From NCBI RefSeq assembly GCF_009914755.1, contig NC_060937.1: DNA of 64,000 nt. One strand, 5' to 3'. A program made the position numbers and the translations under genes. The notes under the pieces are model-generated. The model did no database searches, was not told where the DNA came from, and saw only the letters and a list, made by a program, of their open reading frames with translations. Shown piece by piece: positions 1 to 17,915 of the stretch. The first letter of the stretch is position 1. Every line of letters starts with the position of its first letter. The DNA is from the human T2T-CHM13v2.0 reference genome, Homo sapiens.

Positions 1-1299
1 ACAGCTTTATGCCATAGAATTCTGGGAATTTCCCATGAAGGCTTCGAGAGAAAAAAGCATGCATTCTCCTGTGTCTGCCCAGACTCCCATGGCTTGGAAC
101 TGCCCAGTGTGATGGGACGTGGGACTTGGGGAAAGTTGAGGAATATATTGTATTGTTGGGAGGCATAGCAAGCATATGAGCAAAAAGGAAACCCTTCTTC
201 TTTCCCATCATGTTTGGGTTTTGGTGACAGGGCATGGGAAGATGAGGGGAAAGAGGGATGTGAGTTAGGTGCTGGATTCCAGGAAATGTCTTCACTGAAG
301 TTTGAATATTCTGATATCCTGATGCCAGCCTGAGGCTTTGAAGTTTTCCTGCAAATAGGGAAAAGATGTTGGTCTGCAAAGGAGAGTCTAACTGGCTGGC
401 GATATTAAAATCCATTAAATTTGCTGCATCTTACATTGTTTATTTCTTTTTGTTCCTGACACCCAATTTCTACACTTCTGCAGTTATGTAAGAGCTAGAA
501 TCTTCATGTCCTAGCATCCCACCCTTAATAAAATTCCCTTTATTCCTTTCCTCACATTTATTACACATTCTCCTCCCTCCCCAGGCCACTATAGTGGGCA
601 TGTAAAAAATAAAGCTATCCTGCAATTTCAATAAAAGCCACATAATCTCTTTCTAAAGCACTACTCTGCTTTGAAAAGTCAATATTCCTCCATTGGCAAT
701 TTCCCATAACGCGGTTAGTTTAACAAAATAAAATCTGAGAAAACAAAACATTGTGAGAATGATTGTGTTCCTACAAGTTCTTAATTTTCTACTCTGTGCC
801 ATTTCTTAGCATTTTTCATGTCCTACCTCATTGTTGGCTAAGTGAGAAAGCCAAGAAAAGCTGGCCTTGAGCCTTTTGAGAGGAAAGGGTGAATTCATTA
901 GGGTCTCTTGCTTGAAAGTGATAGAAACTTAATTTGAGCTAGCTGGAGTCAAAAACCAGGTGGGGCAGGGGTTGGGGCTCATTAGCAGAAGGAGGGGGAG
1001 ATGAATCCTGGGCAGTAGGATGAACAGGTGTCCACATGGAGGACAAAAGCAAGTGGTTCCTTCTCCTTCCCACCCACATCCAGACCATTAGGAGAAAGGT
1101 CAGGGGTGGAGGCAGAGGGAGAGGCTTCTGCCGTTTGGGAAAGGTGTCTAGCTGAGGGGTTGAAAGTGGTTAATTGGGAAAAGTGATTGTCCTTTTTTCC
1201 TGGTAGTGTGGGGCTCTGTTCTGCACCCCTTTGCTTGGCAAAAAGGAAAACTTCTCCAAAGAGCTGTCTGCAAAAGTTGTGTGCCGTCTCACCAGCGCA

Positions 1300-2580
1300 C
1301 TCCTGTAGAGCGTCCACCCACCCTGTACACCTACCTCTCCACTGAAGCTGTGCGGGACTAGATCACCAAGAGCCTCCATATTGCCAACTTCAAGGGGCGT
1401 TTTGGTCTTTAAGTTGCTCTATAGGACATACTCATCCATTCCTCTTGAAACCTTATCCTTTTTTGAGTATCTGGGCATCGCTCTTGCCCTCTAAGGTCCT
1501 GCACTCTCTTGGTTTTGCAGCTACTACCTGACCTCTCTCATTCTCCTCTGCGGGCTTCTCCTCCCTTTGCTCCCTAGCTGTTGAGCATCATCAAGGTTGG
1601 GTCCTGGTTTCTCTTATGGTGTCTGTCTATGTGCTCCCTTTAAGTAGTTTCAGTGATCAGCATTTCCACCTAGATGTCTTATAGACATCTCCAATTCAGA
1701 CATGAAAACAGGAATTTTGAAGCCCTTCACTCAGTCCAAATCTGATCCTCCCCATATCTTCTTGTCTCTGCAAGAGGCACTGCCATTCACTTGGGTACTA
1801 GCGCCCCTAATTACTGCATACCATCCCGGACTCACATGTCTGTTCTCCTCTATCTAACCTCAGTCTAACCCAGTGTTAAGTTCTGTCGGCTAGATTTCAA
1901 AATATATCTGGTACAAGCCCATCTCTCTTTATCTCCACCACAACCATCCGGGTCAAAGCCACAGTCCCGTCTCATGTGGCCAGTGGCAGCAGCCCCCTCA
2001 CGGGTCTCCCTACTTCCTCTTTTGCCACCTCCCACCATTTTCCACAGTGTTCTTTGAAAGGCAGATTATGTCACTTCCCTACTGAAATCCTTTCACTGAT
2101 GTTCCACTGCCCTGAGGATAAAGGCCAACAAGCTTCTGCCTATTCAGGCTCCTCTTAACCTCACAGCCTCATCCCATGACTGTCTCCTGCTCTTTTGCTC
2201 TGCACCAGTCACATGGCCCCCGTGTTCTTGGACTACACATAGCTCTTCCCTGCCCTGGGGCCTTTGCACTCACTCTTTCCCCTGCTTGGAAACACTTTTC
2301 TCTAATTGCTTGGTGGTTCTTATCTTTTTTCTAATCATTTATGACTCAGCCTAAATATCACCTCCTCAGAAAGACATTTGCTTTTTAGCACTCAGCTATT
2401 TCTCTCCGAGTACAAATGATCATTTGTAATCATTTATTTGTTTAATTGTTTACTGTGTCTCACATTAGAGAGACTCCAAGGACAGGAATAAAAACATCTG
2501 TTATGTTCTCTAGTTCTCATTAATGGCTAGCCCAAGACCTGGCAGATAATATATGCTCAAGGAATGGTTTTTGAATAACG
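1300..2580 (+). mobile_element. L2 LINE relic (3' portion)
   Basis: Pyrimidine-rich L2-like motifs (catttccacctagatgtct...gacatctc; gggcctttgcact; aaatatcacctcctcagaaagac; tgctcaa...tgaata end). Confidence 0.65.
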
Positions 2581-2723
2581 AGTACAAATAGCATCAAGAT
2601 AACTAACATTATGTCAGCCAGTGCTCTAATTTTGAGTGCTGAACTATAAATGTTCTGTGGGTGAAACTTTTTTTGAAATATTTAAATGACTTGGAATTGA
2701 GATCATGTTATGTCTTAAGATGA

Positions 2724-3066
<343 letters not shown>

Positions 3067-3812
3067 TGCATGAATTTTCAAACAGAACAAAGCTACATTC
3101 CTTTGGTAGGTACAAGAGGAGGAAAATTTCTATGGCAAGACTCTCTCTTACTCTGATCAAAAATGTTCCTAGCAAATAGGATCTAAGTAGAATATTATTG
3201 AAGTGGATAGGAAACTGCCAAGGAATCTGTATCTACATGTGAAAAAAAGAAAAGAGTGAAAACAAAACTGAGATTCTTTTTTGGGAACAAAACTACAACT
3301 TGCCATCAAAAAGTTTCTGCTGCTGACCTGCTGACCACCCCACCCTCCCTCACCAAAAAAACCCCAAGAAGTTATTTAAAAAGAATCCTTCAGAGTTATC
3401 AAGCAGATGAGATTCCTTGAAGCGGGAGTCTAAGGAGATATTTAAAGTTATTTCCTCACAATGTCTCTAACTAGTGAAAGGTGAGAAAGCATTTTCTCAA
3501 TGGTTGCAACATTTTCAATAAAAATATGTTCACCATTCAACAATGGCACCACTGAGCCACTCTATTATTTAAGATAAATTTATTTTTTCAGATGAACTTT
3601 AAAAAATATCAAATTATATTATTTTCAAATATTTTTTATTAAATGTTCTTCATTTTATGTGGATTTTGCTTATTTTTTGAGTATCTCATTTTTAATTAGT
3701 GTTTAATAATTTAGTGTTTGATAAAATATAACAATTATAAATGTTTTTATTGCTGTTTGTAACATGTTTATAATTTCTCTGATGTGTAAGGTATTGAATA
3801 TTTGCTTTCACT

Positions 3813-4118
3813 ATTTTTTTTTTTTTTTTTTTTGGGACAGGGTCTCCCACTGTCACCCAGGCTGGAGTGCACTGGCATAATATCGGCTCATGGCAACCTC
3901 TGTCTCTCAGGCTCAAGCAATCCTCCCACCTCAGCCCCCCACGTAGCTGGGAGTGTATTAGGCATGTTCCACCACGCCCAGCTGATTTCTGTATTTTTTG
4001 TAGAGATGGGTTTTCCCCATGTTGCCCAGGCTGGTTTGGAACTCCTGGGCTAAAGCAATCTGCCCACCTCAACCTCCCAGAGTGCTGGGATAATAGGCGT
4101 GAGCCACTGCACCCAGCC
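3813..4118 (-). mobile_element. AluJ
   Basis: Reverse Alu with J-type diagnostics (ctcaagcaatcctcccacctcagc). Confidence 0.9.
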
Positions 4119-4282
4119 ATTTTGACTAATTTTTAAAATAAATTCCACACTCATAAAAATATCAGTACCAGTGCTACTACTTTATTATAAATCTAAACAG
4201 AGTGGACAACATGACAGCTTTGTTGTTTTGTTCGAATGCAGCGATAGCCACCCTTGCCTGGCCCCAGCAGCCGACAGCTGAT

Positions 4283-4356
4283 CTATCACAGGATGCTTGT
4301 GCCTGCCTATCACAGGATGCTACTTATCACAGGCACCCTGTCTATCACAGGATGCT
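4283..4356. repeat. Short irregular tandem repeat, core tatcacagg x4
   Basis: ctatcacaggatgct at 4283, 4307 and 4342; ttatcacagg at 4324. Confidence 0.85.
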
Positions 4357-4509
4357 TCCTGATGATCAAGGTTTGAGGATCAAGGTGTTCGCAGCTCATC
4401 TCCTCCAATCTGGACTGGGCTGATCCAAGTGTGCCTGATCCAAGCAGAGGTTCTGTGGTTACTCATCCCCGGAAACATGAGGACCCTGCATGGGACACGT
4501 GGTGTGTGT

Positions 4510-4680
4510 CCCTTTAATCACCACAGTCGTCCTACTGTGCCGGTAGCACTGGTACTATTTTCAGTTGAGGACACTAGGGTTTAAAGAGGTTAAATAATTT
4601 CCCCCAGATCCCACAGCTAGTGAGAGTGGGAGCCAATAGCTGAGCCCATGCCAGTCAGACACCAAAGCCTTTCCACTCTG
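4510..4680 (+). mobile_element. MIR
   Basis: MIR core-like tgaggacactag...agaggttaaataatttccccca...cacagctagt. Confidence 0.65.
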
Positions 4681-5084
4681 CCTCCCTTCCTGATGCCAGG
4701 AGCCACCAGAAACTGCACTTTGGCAATAACCAGCTCCAGCGTCTCTAAGAGAGAAGGGTCAGGCGGCTTCGTGCTGTACTGGACCTGGGATAGAATTTCA
4801 GAGCCAAGTTCAAGGTTGTAAAAAGTGATCCCAACAAGGGACCAGGGAGGGCACCATGCAGAGCTGCCCTACCTTCTGTCACTTGCTCCTAGCTGAATAT
4901 AAAATGGAGAAGGGTGGTCTCTTCCTTGCTCTTGCCCCAAGGGCACTTGACCGGCTAAGTGGAGAGAAGAGAACCTCCTTGATGGGAACTTCTATCGAGG
5001 CTTTCTCTAAGTTCAAATCCCTGGAAACACCAAAAATTCTGTACAATTTTAATTGCAGATGTTTTGTTCATTAAATTAAATAAT

Positions 5085-5175
5085 CAGTACTCCTGTTATT
5101 ACTATCAATACTACTACTGTTATTACTATCCTGTTATTGCTATCAGTAATACTGCTACTGTTATTCTACTACTGG
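5085..5175. repeat. Low-complexity (TAC/TAT) tandem repeat
   Basis: Repeated ctgttattactatc/tactactg units. Confidence 0.8.
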
Positions 5176-5352
5176 TTAACATTTTCAGAAACCTAACTTG
5201 ACTCTCCTCAACTGCAGCTTCTTAGCGAATTCATCATCTATGGAGAAACTGATGAAGCTTTGGAGGGAGGGATGGGAGTGTTGATGATGATTTAAAATAA
5301 AAGCTTTTACTGTTTTTTGTGCACAGAACCACACGGTTCATATTTTAATTGA

Positions 5353-5686
<334 letters not shown>

Positions 5687-5955
5687 AAATTATTACTATT
5701 TTTAGTTAAGGTTGTATATTCTAATTACAATCCACTAGGTACTTATTAATAATATCAACTTGCATTAGGACATTTTGTATGCTGTTTGTCTCAAATTGAT
5801 TTTTAAATAAAATTCCTAGATTTTCAAATTCAGCACACATCCTATCAGATTATTCTGTTTGCCTTTGCTTTCGACTTCAAATAAAAGTTACTCCCTGCTA
5901 AATTGGATGGGTAAAATGCCCGAGTAATAATTAACTAAGCAATCGTGACAATATT

Positions 5956-6110
5956 AGCGAGCTCTACAATGACGCACTCAAGCTTACCAGCACAAGTGTA
6001 TCTGTAGGTGCATATTTTGAACTAGCTCAGCATTTGTTCCTGAGTCATGAACAAGTTGTGCAGTAACATTTATTTCTGGCTTTCACTCTTGTCTATAATC
6101 TTGGAGACCA
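5956..6110 (+). repeat. Direct duplication copy 1 (~155 bp; copy 2 at 9819-9977)
   Basis: Manual alignment gives about 17 substitutions and one 4-bp indel against copy 2. Confidence 0.93.
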
Positions 6111-6419
6111 AGATAAAGAGACCAAGATTTTACAGATGAAGTAAAAATCCTTTGGAAACAGATTAAAACAATTGTATGCACCCAAAGTATTGTAAAACAC
6201 TTAAGAGTCAAATCTCTCAAAGGTAAAGACAAATCCAAGGGGCTGTCACATCTGGTATGTCACTCGAAGCCTGAAATAAATTATATCAGCCTTTCTTAGT
6301 CCAAGGGTTGATTTTAATTCAAAACAATTCGGACCCATACTAGGTTACAATAAAATGCAAATAGCCACCAGGCCTTGTACATTCTAAGTATTCTAGCTAA
6401 AGACTAAAAACGCAGAGTT

Positions 6420-6954
<535 letters not shown>

Positions 6955-7401
6955 TCAATTTTCAGAGGCATGGAGTTTATTCAAAATAACCATTCTATTC
7001 CCCATGCAAGTTTAAAGAAACTGGACTATTTAAACCATCAACCATTCCTAAGGAGCTATTTTTTTAAAAATAGACTTCAATAGCAAACACTGGAAACAAT
7101 TTAAAAGTACATCAATAAGGAAAATGTTAAAATATAGAAAGCCTCAGAGCTACATTACTCAGTTGTAGAATACTATGCACAATACCATCACATTCATTTT
7201 AAAAAGAATCCTATCTATGTATACGTTTGCACACTGCAAACTGAAACAGTGGCAACATGGGAGAGAAGAGGAGGTTTGGGCAGAAAGTGGATGTATTCAT
7301 GTATTATTTTGAAGTTATACATTAACAAGCAAAACAAGACTAATAACAAACAAGAAACAAACAAACAGAAAGCCCACGAGGATTCTGAACTAATCACAGT
7401 A

Positions 7402-8094
<693 letters not shown>

Positions 8095-8401
8095 CAGTGT
8101 TTCCGTTTTCAGTTCTAACCTGTTTATGCTCCACAGTGTATTGGTTTTAACGACAACTGCGCAGCTTTGCACTATAGGTGGGCACGTGACTTTGAAAATG
8201 TATTCTCAGAAACTAAATTTTAGATACAAAAATCCCCCTCAGCATCACTAGGATACAATGTGAAGGTTGTGCCTGTCAACCTAGTACTCAAATGCGGCTT
8301 CTCTAAGCCTCTCCTTCATGCTCGCATGGAACTTCATTCATGGTTCCATTGCCCTGTCTCCTCTGTCTCTCAGCATCCACATGAGTTTGCCACATAGTAG
8401 G

Positions 8402-9520
<1,119 letters not shown>

Positions 9521-9818
9521 AGAGTGAAAGGGGGCACTGTTAACAGCTACACTCAGGCCATGGGCATCAGTGGGACATATGGCTCCCCTTCCTATAAATC
9601 ATAGCTGAATTTGATTCTCTTTAGTTTCTTGTCCTTTTTTGCTGTCTCTCCTCCTGATAAGAATGTGTAGGATCTTGGGTGACAGAAATCAGGTCTGTTT
9701 CTTCCACTGCAGAATGTCCCATTCTACCTCCAATGAATCAAATGTTTTCTTGAGTGCTACTCAAATCATCATTTGCTTAAAGTAATGCAGATCAGTGAGA
9801 AGAGTTTGGATCAGAAGC

Positions 9819-9977
9819 AGCGAGCTTTGCATCGATGCACTCAAGCTTACCAGCACAAGCCTATCTGTAGGTGGGTGCATATTTTGAACTGGCTTAGCAT
9901 TTGTTCCTGAGTCAGGCACAAGCTGTGCAATAACATTCTTTTCTGGCTTTCACTCTTGTCTATGATCTTAGAGACCA
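9819..9977 (+). repeat. Direct duplication copy 2
   Basis: Aligns to 5956-6110, e.g. shared gcactcaagcttaccagcacaag, agcatttgttcctgagtca and tttctggctttcactcttgtctat. Confidence 0.93.
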
Positions 9978-10595
9978 TTCTCAAATATTTACAGCTACAG
10001 TTCTTACCTTTTACTTGGGAGCTCGTCTTGGGGATCCCCATAGCAGTTTTGGGGAATTGAGACCAGGGACCAAATTTGCATTTGGTCCCTACCCCATGCA
10101 CCTACCCCATCCGGTAGGGCTAGGCTCTACCTGTCCTGTTGCTTAAAATCCTGGCATTTTTGCAGCTGCGGGTCAGACAACACAAAGCCCCAATTTTAAT
10201 GTTTATTTTCCTGTTTGGTGTGGATGCCCTGTCCATCTCTGCAATGCACTCATGAACACATAAGCCAAAAATAGCTACAGTGGGTCATAGGTCAAAGCAA
10301 TTCATCAAGATAAACTTTCTGAGAAATTTTCTATGAAAATCTTTTGCAATTATGGGATCACTATAATTATGTCCGATGTTTTCTACCACTCAGGAACTGT
10401 TTAATCTCCCTCCCTTGGGAAGAGGGGTCAAGATGACGTGGGTTCAGGTTGTAGGAGATAGGTGTCCAGGAGTAGGGGCAATATGTGGAGTGAGTGGCAA
10501 TTACTAGAAAAAAAACCGCAAGGCAGTCCCAGGCCAGGGTCAGAATCAACCAGCAGGGCCAGGCCTCCCAGACACGTGAATCTGGGCCAAGGTTT

Positions 10596-10597
<2 letters not shown>

Positions 10598-10638
<41 letters not shown>
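10598..10638. repeat. (TG)~20 microsatellite
   Basis: Perfect TG run. Confidence 0.98.
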
Positions 10639-10644
<6 letters not shown>

Positions 10645-10845
10645 AGGCACCAATGCACTGAAGAGAACAAAAAAGATAGAAATAGGATAAAAGTCTGGAG
10701 TCATTCCTGACCCCAAATTAGGCCACTTAAGTGCTTTGTTTGTTAAAGTAGCATCCATGGCTTCCGAGATGCATATGTAAGGTGCATATGAAGAAACGAG
10801 AGGCATTTTCCAGCTGGTTATTTTTTATGTCATCCCTTGATCAAA

Positions 10846-11762
<917 letters not shown>

Positions 11763-13106
11763 ATAACACTGCAATCAAGTTCCAGGAAGGCCTTCCATAG
11801 TATGATTCAAATAATGCAATGTAGGGATGTAGCTCTTGGTAAAGAGTAGGCTAAGAATAGTTGGGACAAATGGGCATAAAAACTAACTGAGCGTCTCCCA
11901 TGCCTGGTGAGTGGCGGACCTGCCTAGAGAGGCTTCTGGTGTGCTCCTTCCTGCCGCTCCGTGACCGTGACAGCCTCTGCAGTGGTGTGGAAATCAGCAC
12001 ATTCTCTTTCTTACTCCGAAGGAAAAGGCTGGGAATGATCTCACACCAAGACCTAATTGTTCTGCCAAGTCAATCACCCCCGAGGCTCCGAAGCGTTTGC
12101 TCCTCCATGCTGACTTTCGTGGAGCCTCTAATGAGGCCCAGCATGGCCCAGTGTTGTGTCCTCTGGGCCTCGTCATCTGCCTTTCTTGGAACGTGGACTG
12201 AGAGCTTGTTTTGGATCCTCACCAATCAGGCCTTCGAAATGGCCAGGAGGTCTCAGTAGACAAGCCGGGTAATTGAACATATGCAGGTTGTTTATTTTGT
12301 CCATAAAGCAGTGACCACACTCGGAGAAGAAATTGCCTTGTTAAAAAAAAGATTCTGTTCCTCATCACTCAATGCCTGGCTCTGCCAGCTGCAGGGACTT
12401 TCCAGCAATTAAAATAAACAATTCCACATGTGCACAGTCAACCTTGCAGAAAAAAGGTGTCAGGAAATAAAGATGTCACAGAATTTGAAATAAAATGTGT
12501 TTAAGAGCAGCCTGGCTCTCTTGAATTGGAAAGTGGCTTTTCTTGGAGCTGTAAGAGTCTTAACAACTTTAGAACTAGAAGAGAATGCAGTGTTCATGTG
12601 GTCCAGCCTCCAGGTTTGATGGCGAAGGAAACTGAGGGCTGGTTTTTCCAGTATTGCAATTGGACTGTGGAAGAGACGAGACTATAAACCTGCACCCAAC
12701 TCTCAGGGCTGTGCCTTCCTGTCCTTTGGAGATGATCAGTAGGAACAATAGGGGGTCAAAGAAAGCTCCAGGAGACAGATATGGCTGTAGATCTGGAATT
12801 AGAGGACCCAGTGGAGATCATTACAGGGCAGGGGCCAAATGAGAATGAGAGTGAAGGCCCAGGGGTGGGAGTGAACAGGATGTATTCCTGGAACCAGAGA
12901 GGAGACTAGCCTGATAAGTTTTGGGGGAAAGTGAGGATTAAAGTTGGATAGTAGAATACATTGATTGGTCAGAGATAATAATCGCAGGAACCAGATGCCA
13001 GGCTAGACAGTTAAAGCAGAAAGGGGTTAGCAGTATACGTTACTTGGACAATGGAAGGAAGAAACAAATAGTCTCTAGTCTCTAGGTTAAGCTTCCAAGA
13101 ATGACT

Positions 13107-13415
<309 letters not shown>

Positions 13416-15307
13416 AACCAAGAATGACTCTTAACCACACTATAGAAGTGGTCACCAAGAGAGCGGAGGGTTCTGTCATGACCAGGCAGCTGCCACATTA
13501 AGAAGCTGCCTCCAGACCAGGAAGCCACTGCCTCCAAACCAGACCCTCTGCCCTTGTCGCAACCCACGCCGGCAAAATGGATGCTTCACCCCCCAGTTCT
13601 CTTCCACATACCTCAGCCTTGAATCAAAACTCACCAAGTGCATCTGACAGTCGGAATCTTCTCACAGCTGGGATTCTAGCTGCAGTAGAGTCAGAAAAAT
13701 GTAATTTTTAGCTCTCAATTTGGGCAACTTGTGAAAGGAATGCTGGAAGGGTTTGGAATGGATGCTGAACAAGCCACTCCACAGTATTCACTGCATGTGG
13801 AGAGCTTGGAGCCACAGGACAGGGACCTGTGATCGGGAGCTTGGGCTTGCGTGGTCACAGGTAAGGAGCTGCTGATAATTTCTTGGCTAGAAGAGAGTCA
13901 TGAAGAAAGTGATTTTGAAATGATTTCTCTAAAAATATTATGCAGGCTAGACTTGTCACCAGGAATTCTTGGATAAGGAGGAATGTATAGGAGGTGATTC
14001 CATAATATATGTAAGAGATAATGAAGGCTTGGAACATGCTGACAAGAGTAGAGAGGAAGAGGATAATAACTAATAGCAAATTGAGAAGATTTGGTGATTA
14101 ATGAAATGAGAAATAAAATGAACCATAAACTCCATGAGCAGAGACTATGCCACTTGTCCTTGAACTGCAAGTATCTCTCCCGGTGCATGGCAAGTGATAC
14201 GTGCCCAGTGAATGACTAGCAAATGAATGAGAAGGAAAAGTCAAAGATGGAGAGTGATCACCGAAAGGAACATTTTAAAATAACTATTTAAAACATGGAG
14301 AGTCAATAGACTTTGCTATTTTCCCCTCTTTGTGACCACCAGCCTGAGAAGTAAATAGAGCACTTTACAAAGAGTCAAAGAGTCAAGGGAGAGACTGGGG
14401 ATACTGAGGGGCAGAGGAATGGGAGAAATGGTCAAAAGTGAAACACAGAGCTGACTCCCTAGCAGAAAGGAGGGTTCCAGGACTACGCCTAAATTGGGAG
14501 AACAATCTGAAGCCCCATGTGGGAATGTTGACATCTGCCATTCCCACCCCACCCCTGCAGCCAGGCGGAGTGATCCCAGGTTCCACACAGCAACACAGCA
14601 GCAGAGAGCGGGGCGCAGCTTCTCCAATAGGCTGCACATGGCCGCAGTCGAGCTTTCTGCCTTTTCCTTCTATTCCCCCACCCCATTTCCTCAAACTCCA
14701 GAACATTGGAATTAGACAACTAAAGTGCAGATTCTTTAAAAATCAAAGGACTAGACATAGCTGAAACCAAGCACAGTGGCACAGAAGAAAGATCTCCTGT
14801 AATCTCAGTGCACGCAAACGAAGACAACAGAAATGTTAAATCAGAGAGGAGAATGGATATGGTACAGAAAAGAAGAGAAACTGACATAAGAACAATCGTG
14901 TGTTCCTGAAGCAGAGGATTGAAAAGGGGTGGAGAAGATTTACTCAGAGATATCTACTTGGGCTCTCCCAGGCAGGATTGACTCTGAGATTAAAAGCACA
15001 CGCCATGTTCTTGGAGATTTTGATACTCCAGGAGGTTCTGTGCCAAAAAATCTCCAGGCATCCAGAAAAACACAAGTCAACTGCAACAGAAATCAACTAC
15101 AACAGAAACAAATTAGACCAGCCTGAGAACTCTTCACAGCAATCAAAGCCATAAAACAACGGAGTAATGTCAACAAAGTTCCAAAGGAAAGTGTGACCTG
15201 AGACTATTGTACCCTGTCAAGGTGCTGTTCAAATGGAAAGGCAACAGGCAGACATCTCCACACAATGTCATGAATCTTCTCGAAAAAATATTTTATGATA
15301 AAACGTT

Positions 15308-15558
15308 AGGAGTTCGAGACCAGCCTGGCCAACAAGGCAGAACCCCATCTCTACTAAAAATACAAAAATTAGCTGGGTGTGGTGGCATGTGCCTTTAATC
15401 CCGGCTACTCGGGAGGCTGAAACACGAGAATTGTTTGAGCTCGGGAGGTGGAGGTTGCAGGAGCCAAGATCGTGCCATTGTCCTCCAGCCTGGGCGACAG
15501 AACGAGACTCTGTCTCAAAAACAAAAAAAAAACAGACAAAAAAAACAAGCAAAAAAAG
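15308..15558 (+). mobile_element. 5'-truncated AluS
   Basis: Begins at aggagttcgagaccagcc. Confidence 0.9.
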
Positions 15559-15729
15559 TTACCAATTTTAGGTGAATCATGATTTAAAAACAAACAAGAA
15601 TGACAAGGAGTAGGGAAGCCCTGATAAAAGACTGACAAGTAAGTAGAACCCGTTTAAATATTGAATTAAAACTGAACGATTAGGAGAACACTAATTAAAA
15701 AGCACAGTGCAAGTGTTGGAAACCTGGAA

Positions 15730-16039
<310 letters not shown>

Positions 16040-16451
16040 TGAAATAATCACGTAACCTACAAAATATGGAGGGGGTTAGGTGGAAGAAGTATTAACATTT
16101 TCGTCTTTCATAGCGGGGAGTCAGTATTTTCTGAAATTGACATGTAAAGTATAATACAAACAAGAATGCCAGTCTCTTCTGTTTCCCTCATAATTACTCT
16201 TTTCTTAATCCTAGACAGATCTTTAAGAAATAATCCTCTAGTGGTGAAGACATTTTTATGTGACAGTCAGTGAGTCCTTTGGTTTCACTTCAGTTTCTTA
16301 TGTTAAATTTAACTAAAATTAAATACCTAAAAATGGTAAGTGGCTGCAATTACATGATCCCAAGTTTTTAAATGTGATTTTGTTTATTAACCATTTCAGC
16401 TTTCTATATGAAAGAAAAATATTCAGTTAATATTCTTACTTAAGAGTGATG

Positions 16452-16590
16452 GGCCGAGTGCAGTGGCTCACACCTGTAATCCCAGCACTATGGGAGGCCG
16501 AAGTGGGAGGCTCACTTGAGGCCAGAAGTTGGAGACCAACCTGGGCAACATAGTGAGATCCTGTCTCCTAAAATTAAAAAAAAAAAAAAA
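16452..16590 (+). mobile_element. FLAM / free left Alu monomer
   Basis: Single monomer plus A tail; TSD aagagtga. Confidence 0.85.
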
Positions 16591-17079
16591 GAGTGAGGGG
16601 CTTGGGGTAATGTGAAACATTTTCATCTCTTCATGTTTAGGACTGTTTGAATTTGTTATAGTAAAAATTTTTTAAACAAAAATTTATAATTTCTTACAAT
16701 ATAAAGACTGAAGGGAAATATGCCAAGGTGACAACCAGAGTTCATTCCGCGTGATGTGAATGTGGATGATACCTGTGCAAATGTCTTTGAAAAAAGCCCA
16801 AACTTCAAAGTCATTGGCAAGGCTTCCAAGGTTCCTCAGTCACATTCTTCGCTTACTTTTCCAGCCTCCCCTTTTTTAATTCCTCCCCATCAAAGTCATG
16901 TCTTCCATGCTCTAGCCATATGGAACTGCTTGTAATTTTCTGGTCAGTTCACTCTCCCCAGTTCCAGGCCTTTGCCCTTCTGCTTGCCCCACCCTTCTGC
17001 CCCCTCCCTCTGACTCTACACCGTGCTCCTTTTCCTGGTTCATGCCTACTCGTTGTTTTTTTATTATTTTTTTTTTTTT

Positions 17080-17915
17080 TGGTGGAAAAGTGCATATAAC
17101 AAAATTTACCATTTCAACCATTTCTTTTTTAAGGGCTGGGATCTTGCTCTGTCACCCAGGCTGAAGTGCAGTGGTGTGATCATGGCTCACTACAGCTTCG
17201 AACTGCTGGGCTCAAGTGATCCTCCTGCCTCAGACTCGTAAGTATCTGGGACTACAGGCACGCACCACCATGCCTGGCTAATTTTTGTTTTTTTGTAGAG
17301 ATGGGGTCTCGCTATGTTGCCCAGGCTGGTCCCAAACTGCTGGGCTCAAACAATCCTCCTGCCTTGGCCTCCCAAAGTGCTGGAATTATAGGCCTGAGCC
17401 ACCTCACCCAGCTCCATTTTGACCAGTTTTAAGTGTATAATTCAAAGGTGTTAAGTACATTCACAATGTTATGCATCCATCACCACTTTGAATTCCCAGA
17501 ACCTTCTCACTGTTCCAAACTGAAACTCTGTACTCAACAAACAACAACGTCCCATTCTTAGCCCCTGGCAACCAGCATTCTACTTTCTGTCTCTATGAAT
17601 TTACCTGCTCTTGGGACCTCACATGAGCGGGATCACACAGTATTTGTCCCTCTATGACTGGCTTATTTTATTTAGCATAACGTTTTCTAGGTTCACACAT
17701 TTTATAGCACGTGGCAGAATTTCCTTCCTTGTTAAGGCTAATATTCCATTGTACCTGCTACATGTTATATATCCATTTGCATTTTGTATATAATGCTACG
17801 TTTTGTATATCCATTTGCATCTTGTATACGCTACATTTTGTATGTCCTTTGATGAACATTTGGGTCATTTCCACCCTTTGGCTGTTGTGAGCAATGCTGC
17901 TATAAACACTAATGC
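17080..17915 (-). mobile_element. L1MB-like 3' end with nested AluJ (17122-17413)
   Basis: agcccctggcaaccagcattctactttctgtctctatgaattt; gactggcttattttatttagcataacg. Confidence 0.8.

Noticed and set aside
959-998. G-rich tract as a possible G-quadruplex
   Set aside because: Only three close G4 runs; the fourth is ~16 nt away, and there is no promoter context.
1672-1690. Palindrome agatgtct-tat-agacatct
   Set aside because: It lies in an L2 segment that is already quasi-palindromic in the consensus as I recall it, and it is short.
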